Positions 1 through 12,367 of a stretch of 64,000 nt of DNA are shown here, one piece after another. The stretch covers positions 189,658,001 through 189,722,000 of the forward strand of contig NC_042997.1 of the NCBI RefSeq assembly GCF_006345805.1, read 5' to 3'. The notes under the pieces were generated by a model, which saw only the letters and a list, made by a program, of their open reading frames with translations, searched no databases and was not told where the DNA came from. The position numbers and the translations under genes were made by a program. Every line of letters begins with the position of its first letter. Within the stretch, counting starts at the first letter, position 1. Source of the DNA: Octopus sinensis. Lineage: Eukaryota.

Positions 1-71
1 AGGCCTTCTTAAAGTATATCCACGTTAAGATTGTTTTCCGCTACTAAAACTGTTGCCTTCGCTAATAACTA

Positions 72-142
72 ATACATAAATACATACATACATACATACA
101 TACATACATACATACATACATACATACATACATACATACATT
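72..142. repeat. (ATAC)n; continues as compound ATAC/ATGC/GT at 355-612
   Basis: Seen directly. Confidence 0.95.
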
Positions 143-146
143 CAAA

Positions 147-356
147 ATGTGACCGCGTGTGTACCGTTGGCGATTTTTTTTCTCTGTCTTCCCTTCTCTG
201 GATCTTTCCTTCTCCTATGTTTCCGACGAAGAGCTCCGCTCGAAATGTTAAGCCCTCCTTCTTTCCTTCTTTCCTGAGCGTCCAATAATACTATATTTGT
301 TCCACATCCTCGCGTTGCTGTGTTTTTTTGTGCTTTCTTGTTCGGATTAACTTTAC
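147..356 (+). mobile_element. Short Penelope-LTR-like repeat with a variant hammerhead motif (219-253), embedded in (ATAC)n
   Basis: Near-identical to 42355-42545; GTTT-CCGACGA-A-GAGC(TCC)GCTC-GAAA motif. Confidence 0.6.
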
Positions 357-818
357 ATACATACATCATACATACATACATACATACAAGCATGCATGCA
401 TGCATGCATGCATGCACAGATACATGCATGCATGAATACATACTTACATGCATGCATACATACATACATGCATGCATGCATGCATACATACATACATACA
501 TACATACATACATACATACATACATACATACATACATACATACATGTGTTTGTGTGAGTGTATGTGAGTGCGTATACGTACATATACATATATATGTTTG
601 TGTGTGTGCGTGCGCTTATAAATTAATTTTATAAAGTGCTTATTAAAGTACATGACAACCTACCATTGAATTAAAACGCCGTATGATTCATGAGATTTAA
701 AAACAGACTCTTGGGAAGAAATTTCGTGTCATTACTCATATAATTTCATGTACAGGCTTCTTAGCTCTAGTGGTCGTTGAGTACTCCTGATGAAGTGACC
801 CGTATAAAAAAATTATGT

Positions 819-918
819 NNNNNNNNNNNNNNNNNNNNNNNNNNNNNNNNNNNNNNNNNNNNNNNNNNNNNNNNNNNNNNNNNNNNNNNNNNNNNNNNNN
901 NNNNNNNNNNNNNNNNNN
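819..918. other. Assembly gap (100 N)
   Basis: Run of N. Confidence 1.
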
Positions 919-1064
919 TTCAATTTCCGTTTACCAAATCCATTCACAAGGCTTTGGTCGGCCTTAGGCCAGAGTAGAAGACTCTAGCCCAAGGTGCCAC
1001 GCAGTGGGACTGAACCCGGAACCGTGTGGTTGGTAAGCAAGCTACCTACTATACAGCCACTCCT
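919..1064 (-). mobile_element. SINE-A head, cut by the gap
   Basis: Matches SINE-A. Confidence 0.85.
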
Positions 1065-1159
1065 GTATATTTTGGCTGGTTCTACTTCGGGAATTTCGCT
1101 ATGTTACTTGACATAATAATAATAATATTTGCTGAATGAAACAGAAGATAGATTCGGCA

Positions 1160-1280
1160 CTAGTCTTTATTCAGTTCAACGATCGTTTCGACCTTTCCTG
1201 CGACTGTCCTTTATGGGTGGGATGTTGTGCATCCAACTGTGCGGTATCGATCAGTGCAGTCTGAGTCACATCAGGTACAA
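1160..1280 (-). ncRNA. Degenerate Penelope-type hammerhead motif
   Basis: GTAC-CTGATGT-GAC..GTC-GAA-ACGATCGT-T-GAAC; palindromic helix III, A9 mutated. Confidence 0.45.
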
Positions 1281-1307
1281 GCATACATAAAGTGGTGTCC
1301 CGCTAAA

Positions 1308-1660
1308 TATACTGAGTTATCGCGGGCATGTTGTTGTTATCCGCTGTATTTTGGTTATTATAAGGCGGCGAGCTGGCAGAATCGTTAGCACACCGGGCGA
1401 AATGCTTAGCCGTATTTCGTCTGCCGCTACGTTCTGAGTTCAAATGCCGCCGAGGTCGACTTTGCCTTTCATCCTTTCGGGGTCGATTAAATAAGTACCA
1501 GTTACGCACTAGGGTCGATATAATCGACTTAATCCGTTTGTCTGTCCTTGTTTGTTCTCTCTGTGTTTAGCCCCTTGTGGGTAGTAAAGAAATATGTATT
1601 TTGGTTATTATAACCAAGGTAAAGCGGGTAACAACAACATGCCCGCGAGAACTCAGTATA
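1308..1660. mobile_element. Small hairpin MITE (TA-flanked) interrupted by SINE-B
   Basis: About 35-bp inverted arms CTGAGTT(A/C)TCGCGGGCATGTTGTTGTTA(T/C)CCGCT. Confidence 0.7.
1364..1594 (+). mobile_element. SINE-B (tRNA-derived, Meta-domain-like centre)
   Basis: GGCGGCGAGCTGGCAGAA A-box region, GAGTTCAAAT B box, GCCTTTCATCCTTTCGGGGTCGAT core; 19-bp TSD TGTATTTTGGTTATTATAA at 1345-1363 and 1595-1613. Confidence 0.92.
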
Positions 1661-1880
1661 AAAATAGTGATAATAAATGAGTGGAAACTGAACCGTGAAT
1701 ATATTAGACATTAAGGCATTAAGGCAGTATGACTCTCCCCCAACACAACAATATTTGCTTCAACACACGAATTCACATAAAGAATCTTGCAGACCAGGTA
1801 TAAAAACGAAATATATATATATTATCGTTATATGTGTGCGTGTATATATTATTATTGTTATTGCTACTATTATTATTATT

Positions 1881-2127
1881 AGGCGGCGAGCTGGCAGAAA
1901 CGTTAGCACACCGGGTGAAATGCTTAGCGGTATTTCATCTGCGTTACGTTGTGAGTTCAAATTCCGCCGAGGTCGACTTTGCCTTTCATTCTTTCGGGGT
2001 CGATTAAATAAGTACCAGTTACGCACTGGGGTTGATATAATCGACTTAATCCGTTTGTCTGTCCTTGTTTGTCCTCTCTGTGTTTAGCCCCTTGTGGGTA
2101 GTAAAGAAATAGGTATTTCGTCTGCTG
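1881..2127 (+). mobile_element. SINE-B plus start of a second unit
   Basis: Matches SINE-B. Confidence 0.9.
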
Positions 2128-2357
2128 AATGGCACACCAACCAGACATTGCCTTGAATAATTTTAGCAGTGTAGCCCGACCACTGATGAGCCATATTACC
2201 TGCGGTCCATTTCTAGGAATTGTCTGATTTATACTGCTTGCTATAATCTTATTTGTACGTGATATCTTACAGTTACGTAATGATAGGCTAACAATTTGAA
2301 GGTGCACAATTTTTATGGTTTTGGTAAGTTTTTTATATTTTTTTACTTTGGATGGAA

Positions 2358-2736
2358 GTACTCCGTCGGTTACAACGACGAGGGTTCCGGTTGATCCGAA
2401 TCAACGGAACAGCCTGCTCGTGAAATTAACGTGTAAGTGGCTGAGCACTCCACAGACACGTGTACCCTTAACGTAGTTCTCGGGGATATTCAGCGTGACA
2501 CAGAGAGTGACAAGACCGGCCCTCTGAAATACGGGTACAACAGAAACAGGAAGTAAGAGTGAGAGAAAGTTGTGGTGAAAGAGTACAACAGGGATCACCA
2601 CCATCCCCTGTCGGAGCCTCTTGGAGCTTTAGGTGTTTTCGCTCAATAAACACTCACAACGCCCGGTCTGGGAATCGAAACCGCGATCCTATGACCGCGA
2701 GTCCGCTGCCCTAACCACTGGGCCATTGCGCCTCCA
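2358..2736 (-). mobile_element. SINE head C plus tail E
   Basis: Head GGCGCAATGGCCCAGTGGTTAGGGCAGCGGACTCGCGG..GTTTCGATTCCC; tail ends CCCTCGTCGTTGTAACCGACGGAGT. Confidence 0.85.
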
Positions 2737-2902
2737 CTATTTTTTACTTTACCTCTGTAGAAACACCACTTCATCGTTCCGGCTCGGTGCCTCATTTTCT
2801 TTTTCGTTTCTTTTATTTCACTTGTTTTATAGTGGAGAAAGCAACATGCTAAAATAAGACATTAGTTTTATTCTTTTATATGTTGTTAGATATTTTCGAG
2901 AT

Positions 2903-3560
2903 AATACATACATACGTACATAATACATACATACATACATACATACATACATGCATGCATGCATACATACATACATACATACATGCATACATGCATACAT
3001 ACATACATGCATACATACATACATACATGCATACATACATACATGCATGCATACATGCATACATACATACATACATACATGCATACATACATGCATACAT
3101 GCATACATACATACATGCATACATACATACATACATACATACATACATACATACATGCATACATGCATACATGCATACATACATACATACATACATGCAT
3201 ACATACATACATACATGCATGCATACATGCATACATATATACATACATTCATACATACATACATACATACATACATACATACATACATACATACATGCAT
3301 GCATGCATACATACATACATACATACATACATACATACATACATGCATACGTACATACATACATACATGCATACATACATACATACATGCATACATGCAT
3401 ACATACATACATAATTGCATATATACATACATTCATACATACATACATACATACATACATACATACATACATACATACATACATAATAAATATACATACA
3501 TGCATACGTACATACATGCATACATACATACATACATACATACATACATACATACATACA
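2903..3560. repeat. (ATAC)/(ATGC)n microsatellite, 658 bp, between 20-bp direct repeats
   Basis: TTGTTAGATATTTTCGAGAT at 2883-2902 and 3561-3580. Confidence 0.95.
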
Positions 3561-3641
3561 TTGTTAGATATTTTCGAGATTGAAAGATAGAGTTTCAGAT
3601 ATTAAGAAAGCCCATTTTTTTGCAAATGTAAATTAATATTT

Positions 3642-4043
3642 GAGTGGCTGTGTGGTAAGTAGCTTGCTTGCCAACCACATGGTTCCGGGTTCACTCCCAC
3701 TGCATGGCACCTTGGGCAAGTGTCTTCTACTGTAGCCTCGGGCCGACCAAAGCCTTGTGAGTGGATTTGATAGACGGAAACTGAAAGAAGCCCTCGTATA
3801 TATATATATATATTTATGTGTGTGTCTGTGTATGTTTGTGTGTCTGTGTTTGTCTCCCCCAACATCACTTGACAACCGATGTTGGTGTGTTTACGTCCCC
3901 GTAACTTAGCGGTTCGGCAAAAGAGACCGATAGAATAAGTACTAGGCTTACAAAGAATAAGTCCTAGGATCGATTCACTCGACTAAAAGGTGGTGCTCCA
4001 GCATGGACCCAGTCAAATGATTGAAACAAGTAAAAGAGTAAAA
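3642..4043 (+). mobile_element. SINE-A (tRNA-derived, CORE-like), full length
   Basis: Head GAGTGGCTGTGTGGTAAG..GGTTCA(G)TCCC; CORE-like GGCACCTTGGGCAAGTGTCTT; microsatellite spacer; tail GGTGCTCCAGCATGG..CAGTCAAATGA(C)TGAAAC. Confidence 0.9.
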
Positions 4044-4323
4044 TAGTATATTTAATCAACTTCAAAGGAAAAATGGTGGTGCAGCAGAAATTGCGAAACA
4101 GTTTAATATAAACGAAACAAAAATCAAAAGATCGGAAGAAGAAAAAAAAAATGGGATTAGGATCAGTTTATCGCCGCATCAATAAAAAAGAAGAAGAAAA
4201 ACAAACAAACCCCATTATGCATTTTCATTAACATTATGGAAACAAAAACAAGTTTATTACTTTGGGTAGAAGACATAACACGATATTACATACATGCATG
4301 CATAAATGCATACATACATACAT

Positions 4324-4722
4324 GCAGGCGTGGCTGTGTGGTAAGTAGCTTGTTTACCAACCACATGGTTCCGGGTTCAGTCCCACTGCGTGGCACCTTG
4401 GGAAAGTGTCTTCTACTATAACCTCGGGCCGACCAAAGCCTTGTGAGTGGATTTGGTAGACGGAAACTGAAAGAAGCCCGTCGTATATATGTATATATAT
4501 ATATATGTGCGTGTGTGTTTGTGTGTCTGTGTTGTCTTCCTAGCATTGCTTGACAGCCGATGGTGGTGTGTTTTATGTCCCCGTCACTTAGCGGTTCGGC
4601 AAAAGAGACCGATAGAATAAGTACTGGGCTTACAAAAAGAATAAGTCCCGGGGTCGAGTTGCTCGATTAAAAGCGGTGCTCCAGCATGGCCGCAGTCAAA
4701 TGACTGAAACAAGTAATAGAGA
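4324..4722 (+). mobile_element. SINE-A full length
   Basis: Matches SINE-A. Confidence 0.9.
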
Positions 4723-4782
4723 GAGTATGCATACATGTGCGTTATCTTCTACCCAAAAGGAAACGGCTTCCATTTAATAAAT

Positions 4783-4786
4783 GTGT

Positions 4787-4817
<31 letters not shown>

Positions 4818-4852
4818 CATGCGTGCGTGCGTGCGTGTGTGTGTGTGTGTGT

Positions 4853-4919
<67 letters not shown>
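4783..4919. repeat. (GT)n compound microsatellite
   Basis: Seen directly. Confidence 0.95.
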
Positions 4920-4925
<6 letters not shown>

Positions 4926-4964
4926 ATTCGACCTGACGATTTGATGTTGTTATGTTCTGCTGGT

Positions 4965-5600
4965 CTCAATGTTCTCCCAGTTCTCTTTTGATTGTGCCAT
5001 TCTTGCCCATCTTGGTCCAACTCGTTTAACTATATATAAGTCGTCTTCCCATCCTCATGCAGACCTTACGAATGGCCTTCTCCGATCTCTTAGATTCCAC
5101 TCAGCAACTACATGGTCCACCTGTTGCCTGTGAACCTTGCGATATATCCGACCCAGCAGAATTTGCGGCGAGCTGGCAGAATCGTTAGCACGCCGGGCGA
5201 AATGCGTAGCGGTATTTCGTCTGCCGTTACGTTCTGAGTTCAAATTCCGCCGAGGACGACTTTGCCTTTCATCCTTTCGGAGTCGATAAATTAAGTACCA
5301 GTTACGCACTGGGGTCGATGTAATCGACTTAATCCGTTTGTCTGTCTTTGTTTGTCCCCTCTATGTTTAGCCCCTTGTGGGTAATTAAAAAAAAAATTAA
5401 AAAAAGAATTTGTGCTTTCGGTATTCTCCGATCACATCGATCATTCTGCTCCGTTCTCGAATTATCTTACTTCGAATACGCTTTCGCAATGGAACTTCGC
5501 ATGGACTTTTGCATGGTAGCCGATTGATGTTCTCCCCTCATCGTAGTACCCCACATCTCACTTGCATATGAGAGTACAAGCAGGACAGTGTTATTGAAGA
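4965..5600 (-). mobile_element. RTE-clade LINE C-terminal fragment, interrupted by SINE-B
   Basis: VLPVLSYASEMW, KFCWVGYIARFTGNRWT, VAEWNLRDRRRP..WEDDL, with stops. Confidence 0.75.
5165..5395 (+). mobile_element. SINE-B inserted in the RTE fragment
   Basis: Flanked by AGAATTT. Confidence 0.9.
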
Positions 5601-5625
5601 GATTGGCATTTAGGGCCTTGTCCAG

Positions 5626-6215
5626 ATTTGCTTTATTACCCACAAGGGGCTAAACACAGAGGGGACAAAACAAGGACAGACATAGGTATTAAGTCGATTA
5701 CATCGATCCCATTGCGTAACTGTACTTAATTTATCGAACCCCGAAAGGATGAAGGCAAGTCGACGACTGGCGGATTTTGAACTCACAACGTAACGCATAC
5801 GAAATACCTATTTCTTTATTACCCACAAGGGGCCTAAACATAGATGGGACAAACAAGACAGACATAGGTATTAAGTCGATTACATCGATCCCAGTGCGTA
5901 ACTGGTACTTAATTTATCGACCCCGAAAGGATGAAGGCAAGTCGACGACGGCGGATTTTGAACTCACAACGTAACGCAGACGAAATACCTATTTCTTTAT
6001 ACCCACAAGGGGCCTAAACATAGAGGGGACAAACAGGACAGACATAGGTATTAAGTCGATTACATCGACCAGTGCGTAACTGGTACTTAATTTATCGACC
6101 CCGAAAGGATGAAAGGCAAAGTCGACCTCGGCGGATTTTGAACTCACAACGTAACGCGACGAAATACGCTAAGCATTTCGCCCGGCGTGCTAACGTTTCT
6201 GCCAGCTCGCCGCCT
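5626..6215 (-). mobile_element. SINE-B trimer
   Basis: Head plus three tandem body units of about 185 bp. Confidence 0.9.
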
Positions 6216-6665
6216 TTGACTGAGGTAACCGCTTCCCATCTTGCCCTTATTAACACTTACGCATCCGATAATCATATTTATTATTACCATTGTAATAAAG
6301 AATTAAATTCAATTTCTGTTTTATATTCATAATACTTTCCTATTTGGGCGAAAGCAAACTTGAGAGTTGGGGAAGCCGACCTCTGCGGGATGTGAACTCA
6401 GAGTATAGTCAGCCGGAACGATAACGGCAAAGTTGTCTATCCGATACTCGAAAGACAAAATTGGTTCTTGCTCAAAATTGTATTTAGTGGAAATTTAGTA
6501 CTTTATTTATATTGACAGAACTTCATTTTCATTCAAATATACTTCATATGTTATTAAAACTGTATAGGGAATTCTGTCTCTTTCTCTCTCTCTCGCTTAT
6601 TTTTTCTTCCATCAAGTAATTTTCTTTTCGTTCTTGATCGCAGCCACAAAGTAGGTTGTATATCT

Positions 6666-6897
6666 GTTTCTTTATTGCCCACAAGGGGCTAAACATAGAG
6701 AGGACAAACAAGGACAGACAAACGGATTAAGTCGATTACATCGACCCCAGTGCGTAACTGGTACTTAATTTATCGACCCCGAAAGGATGAAAGGCAAAGT
6801 CGACCTCGGCGGAATTTGAACTCAGAACGCAACGACAGACGCAATACCGCTAAGCATTTTGCCCGGTGTGCTAACGTTTCTGCCAGCTCGCCGCCTT
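6666..6897 (-). mobile_element. SINE-B
   Basis: 15-bp direct repeat AGTAGGTTGTATATC at 6650-6664 and 6906-6920. Confidence 0.92.
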
Positions 6898-7059
6898 ATA
6901 CGGCGAGTAGGTTGTATATCAAGGCGAGATAAATGTAGCCTTCGTTCATCATCTCTCGTGAGAGTAGTGTCCCTTGATAACACGCCTGTTGAAAGCTCAG
7001 CAATTCATACGCGACAAACTTTGCCCACATACGGCAAAATTCTTACACACACACGCACG

Positions 7060-7410
7060 TACCAGTGGCATGTGAAAAAAAATTCGAGCAAGGTCGTTGC
7101 CAGTTCCGCTGGGCTGGCTCCTGTGCAGGTGGCCTTTCATCCTTTCAGGGTTGATTAAATAAGTACCAGTTATGCACGGGGATCAATGTAACTGACTTAA
7201 TCCCCTACCCCAAGCTGGCAGAATTGTTAGCATGCTGAGCGAAATGCTTAGCTGTATTTCGTCTGCTGCTATGTTCTGAGTTCAAATTCTGCCAAGGTTG
7301 ACTTTGCCTTTCATCCTTTCGGGGTCAATAAATTCAATACCAGTTGAACACTGAGGTTGAATCGACTCATCCTCCCACCTAAAATGGCTACCCTTGTGGT
7401 AAAATTTGAA
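7060..7410 (+). mobile_element. Degenerate SINE-B/H fragments
   Basis: Diverged matches. Confidence 0.65.
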
Positions 7411-7429
7411 ACCATTATTATTGCTGAGA

Positions 7430-7752
7430 CCCCCTTTGGTCATGACTGACCATGGGATTGAACCTAGAAAGATACCCTCCCAGGAACAAGTCCGGGCAAG
7501 TTTGTTTATGGAAGACCAGCAGTCACCCATGCATACCGGCCTCCTCTCTCCATGCCACCAGTGTTATCCAAGGGAAAGGCAAAGGCTGATACAGCTTGGC
7601 ACCCATGACATCACAACTCATTTCTACAGCTGAGTGAACTGGAGCAACGTGAAATAAAGTGTCTTGCTCAAGAACATAACACACAGCCCGGTTCGGGATT
7701 CAAACTCACAACCTTACGATTGTAAGCTCGACACTCTAACCATTGAGCCATT
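7430..7752 (-). mobile_element. SINE head D' plus tail J
   Basis: Head TGGCTCAATGGTTAGAGTGTCGAGCTTACAATC; D core TGTTCTTGAGCAAGACAC; tail ends GTCATGACCAAAGGGGGTCTC. Confidence 0.75.
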
Positions 7753-7764
7753 ATTATTATTATT

Positions 7765-8160
7765 AAAGCGGTGAGCTGACAGGAATCGTTAGCATGCTGG
7801 GCAAAATGCTTAGCAGTATTTCATCCACCTTGACATCTAGAGTTCAAGATCTGCCAAAGTTGACTTTGCTTTTCATCCCTTTGGGGTCAATAAATTAAGT
7901 ACTAGTGAAACACTGGGGTCAATGTAATCAACTATTACCCTCCCCCAAAATTTCAGGCCTTGTGCCTATAATAGAAAGGATTATAAATTATTAAGGTGCT
8001 GTTTCAGCAGAACCGTCAGTACGTTGGATAAAATGCTCAGCAGTTTTTCTTTTGGCTCTTGATGTTCTGAGTTCAGATTCTACCAAAGCTGATTTAACTT
8101 CCATCCTTTCAGTGTCAATAAAGTAAGGACCAGTTGAGCATTGGGGGTTGATGTATTTGA
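7765..8160 (+). mobile_element. Two old SINE-B-like copies
   Basis: Diverged matches. Confidence 0.65.
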
Positions 8161-8889
8161 CCCTTTTGATACTAACCCGGCCAAAAAATTTTTTGGTTCA
8201 TAAGACCAACCTGGCTGTAGCTGGCCGACAGTACCCATTGTTATTTAAATGTGAATTTAAGCACAAATTTCGTTAGTACATTTGTGAAAATAAGTGATTT
8301 CACTTTGTAAATAGTTGAGTTATAGTATCTGACATTGTTTGACGTGATATCTGAACTCAGTGAATTTTGGGAGATTTTTTTCCACATTTTTTCAGGCCTC
8401 GTGCTTAAAGTAGAAAAAAATTATTAGTTTGTTTTTTTCAATTTATTTAAGAGTAAATCATATGATGTAAAAAATTATCTTTCATATACAGATGATAATA
8501 CATCTCTATATATAAAACTGGAACAATTAATATAATTCTGAAAAGCCTTCATTATATATAATTGTCATTATCATTACCAAATTACCATTGACTTTATTTT
8601 TATTTCTAATTTCACAGAGAAAAGAAAAACAATAAATGAGCAAAACAAGAAACAAAAACAAAAAAAAAGAAACAAGATATTTTTAGTTTTTTTTATTGAT
8701 GAAAGATATTAGTGATAAAATAACAAATAATATGTATTTTTGCATGAGTATCCGAGATTAATTACCAAAAGTCAATCATCTGAATTCCAGTCATCCAAAG
8801 ACAGTAGCAACGAAATGTTAATAACTGGTTCCATTGCATTCCATGCAAGAGACAGTTTCTATGTTATTCATATTTGCATATAGAAAGTA

Positions 8890-9458
8890 CAGGGTGATTC
8901 AAAAGTCTCCAGACATAGGAAAAATTTATTTTTTTAATAAGAAACAGTTTATAAGATCCCCTGATCTGACCCCTCTTGATTTCTGTGATACACGATCCCT
9001 ATTGATTGGCCCCACTTTCTTTCTTTTTTTTTCCACATGATCCCTTTTGATCGGAATTTGCCCCCTTTTTTTTTCTTCTTTTCATGATCCCTTTTGATTG
9101 GTACTCGCCCCCCCCACTTTTTTGTTTTTTTTCCCCTTCTCTTCTTCACAAAAAGAAAAGCTCTACTTTGTATTTTGTCCCTTCTGTGTTTAACCCTGCA
9201 TGGCCAATAAAGAAATCTATCTTCAGGGTCATTTGAAAGGCATGGTGTAAGACATAAATCATTTGAAGGAACGCATCACCAACTCATTTGCACACATATC
9301 ATGAGATGTGCTATTACGAGTTCCCAATGAGTGGGGTAAACGTATTGCAATGTGTATTCAAAACAATTGTAACCATATAGAGCCTGTTAAATATAAAAAA
9401 AACTGTTCCTATAAAAAGATGAATTGTTCCTATGTATGGCGACTTTTGAATCACCTTG
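8890..9458 (+). mobile_element. Internally deleted Tc1/mariner element
   Basis: TA-flanked TIRs CAGGGTGATTCAAAAGTC; transposase remnants RSPDLTPLDF and GHLKGMV..HLKERI..CIQNNCNHIE. Confidence 0.85.
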
Positions 9459-9959
9459 TATCTTAAAGTCTGCTACAGAACATTGCTTCTCAATAATAAA
9501 TTGCTTAATATGAAAAATATAGCATCAGCATTTGTCATGAAGAAAGTATGAGGACATAGGTTTAATACTCTGATCAGTATGAAATTCTGGAAAATGTATG
9601 AAAATTTAAATAAAATATATTTTGAAAATTTATTCACATTTTGGATTCAGTTTAATTTGTGTTATGACAATATCACAACTGTAATTATCTCTTATTAGAA
9701 CTATTACCAGAGAATTCCTTCCTTGCACCCTCAATTCGTGATAAGAAAATGTTGTCTTAAAACCTAGTAGAGCCTGCTCCTGCCTCCCAGGTGTAAACAT
9801 AGCTAATTTCTTCCAGGGGCAGACACAGAAGAACTGACTCTAGTACTGGACTTATACTTGATAATTTTCCAAAAGGATGTGATGACAAAGCTGACATTAA
9901 GAGGATGTGAAATCAGAATGCAGAGAACTGGAATGAATATAAGGCCCTCTACCTAATGC

Positions 9960-10065
9960 GCAAAGTCGACCTCAGCGGAATTTGAACTCGGAACGTAAAG
10001 ACAGACAAAATACTGCTAAGCATTTCGCCGGGCGTGCTAATGATTCTGCCAACTTGTTGCCTTTA
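9960..10065 (-). mobile_element. SINE-B head
   Basis: Matches SINE-B. Confidence 0.75.
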
Positions 10066-10470
10066 TGAGAGAAAATATTGCTGAGAATTTCATATTTAGA
10101 GGTGCTGTATACCTACATCTCTCCATTTAATTGTGATAATACTGAGTTAATACTGATGAGAGATTCAAATTTCATACTGCACATATAAATGGAAAAAAAA
10201 AAGCATAAATACTCAGTAATTTGCACAAGTGGGAAATCATCTCTTAGTTCAAAGCAAGTTATCAACATTTTCTTGTGAATTTTTTCTTTTAAGAGTATCT
10301 TAATAGTTCTGGTCAACAAACTGATTAATAATAAGTTGGTTCTATCTTGCAAATATAAGTTTTAAATACCTGATTACATAAATTATCAACAGGAAATTTC
10401 AATTATTGTTGTTGCTATCATCATTATCATTAAACTGAATTGTGGCAGACTCTTGAAATAAAGGAGATAC

Positions 10471-10881
10471 GGATCTTTTCGGTTTTAATGGCAGTTTTTT
10501 TAAATAATTTCCACGGAACTAAACACTTTTAAACTTTGTATACTGGTAGAATGTGTTTAGAAAACATCTTTTTCTCTTGGCTTTATTGAGAAAATTCTAT
10601 AGTTTGTAAGATATTTGTTGTTTTTTTCCTTCAATTTCTGCAAATTCAACCAATCACTGACGTCTATTGAGTTGAAAACATTCTGTGCCGTATGAATATG
10701 TCCCTCGTTTAAAAAACAGATTGGGTTTATTTACATTTCTGAAAAAAAAAAAAAACCCTTCCCCCCACCCCTAAACCTAAAACAGATTGAAATGCAATAG
10801 ATCGATACTAGGGTCATAATTATGGGTGACAATTCCATATGATACTGCTAGAAAAAACTGCCGTTCAAACCGAAAAGATCC
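10471..10881. mobile_element. MITE with 30-bp TIRs and 8-bp TSD (Merlin- or hAT-like)
   Basis: TIR GGATCTTTTCGGTTT(T/G)AA(T/C)GGCAGTTTTTT; TSD GGAGATAC at 10463-10470 and 10882-10889. Confidence 0.85.
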
Positions 10882-11193
10882 GGAGATACTGCTATATGCA
10901 TGCATGTTTATATGTATAATGTTTTTGCCAGACTATCAGTGTGACATAGTCTTTTGTTTTACAGAGTAATCAAGAGCTGAAAAGATTTATAAAATGATGT
11001 CATAAAAATACAAGACTATACCACTGATTAAATTTGTGTTCCATAAAACAGAGATAAATTGTTTATTTCAATATATAAGATGTTCAGTGTGTATTACACA
11101 CACATATATAATATATATATATAAAGAGCATGAGAAATATAAATATATATTTTTGAGTATAATTGTTCTGGTATGTATTTATACATATAAGTG

Positions 11194-11310
<117 letters not shown>

Positions 11311-11898
11311 AATCAAAATAAGCAATAAGGATATCCAGAGGTAATGCGGTACAATCGTTTCATGCAACTCCATTTAATTGAACAATGCAATCATTACATC
11401 AATTTAAATGCAGAGTAATACTGTACGAAATTCTGGTGCCTCAACTTAGGTACCATATTCATCTGAATCTATATATATTACACATACATGTAATATATAT
11501 ATATATATATACAAATATAAATATATAAACATATGTTTGTATGCATATGTCTATATAATAATTTCTTTCTCTCTCCACTTACGCACATAATAGATATACA
11601 TACAAACTGTTTGTTCATCAACAGACTCTTAACTTCACTGGAAGAAATATTGTTATTCATAATCATAGTATTTCTGTTCCTCAGTACCATTATGTTTTTA
11701 CCAACAAGAACAAGATTATTAGTTTGTGTTAGTAGGTAGGGCTTCTGCTCTATGGCCATAAATTTGTTGTGAAACTCATAGTCAGTCAATGAACAGTTAA
11801 CCTCTGTCTATTTCCTCAGATATTTCATACTCTACATTATACTGAGTGTTTGATTTTTGTTCAGACTGTCAACCATATGTACACACACATTTCATATA

Positions 11899-12228
11899 CA
11901 CCTCCTCGGCGTATGACCGAGTTCTGTTCCAAGTAACAGGTCGTAAGTTGATCTGGATGTATGTCGGATTTATATTTTATCAACATCATTTTCATTCAAA
12001 CGCAACTTGATGCTTGAAAGCAACTGAGTGAGACACAGCCGCGGTCAGTGGATGTCAAGGTCTGAGGGAGTCCAGTGTTGCCAGATGCTGTTATAGTTTA
12101 TAGTATGCACAGCTGCCCAATGTCCAAAAATTGATTTTTTATTAATTAATTGATTTTTTCATTTCCTTATTTTTCGTGGTCATAAGTGCAGATGGTCGTA
12201 AGTTGCATAGGTTGAAGTTGAGGAGGTG
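11899..12228. mobile_element. pogo/Tigger-like MITE in the presumed VHL 3' UTR
   Basis: TA|CACCTCCTC...GAGGAGGTG|TA; subterminal CAACTTACGACC-type motifs. Confidence 0.65.
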
Positions 12229-12367
12229 TACATATATACATATAAGCACATGCACGCACACATACACGATAGACAAAATGAACTTATTGATCCATGTCTA
12301 GTAATGTGCATATACACAATTAGCAAGGTTTTATCACAAACCAACCATACTGTTGTACTGGTATACC

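Noticed and set aside
2183-2189. Isolated CTGATGA (also about 10154 and 41073-41079 minus)
   Set aside because: No matching helix II plus GAAA plus cleavage triplet downstream.
142-3590. Long MYVC/HTYI-repeat ORFs (also 58.3-58.9 kb and 62.3-63.0 kb)
   Set aside because: Translations of (ATAC)n/(TA)n microsatellites, open in many frames on both strands.
5626-6215. CRISPR-like or regularly spaced repeat array
   Set aside because: Units are contiguous 185-bp SINE bodies with no unique spacers; eukaryotic context.
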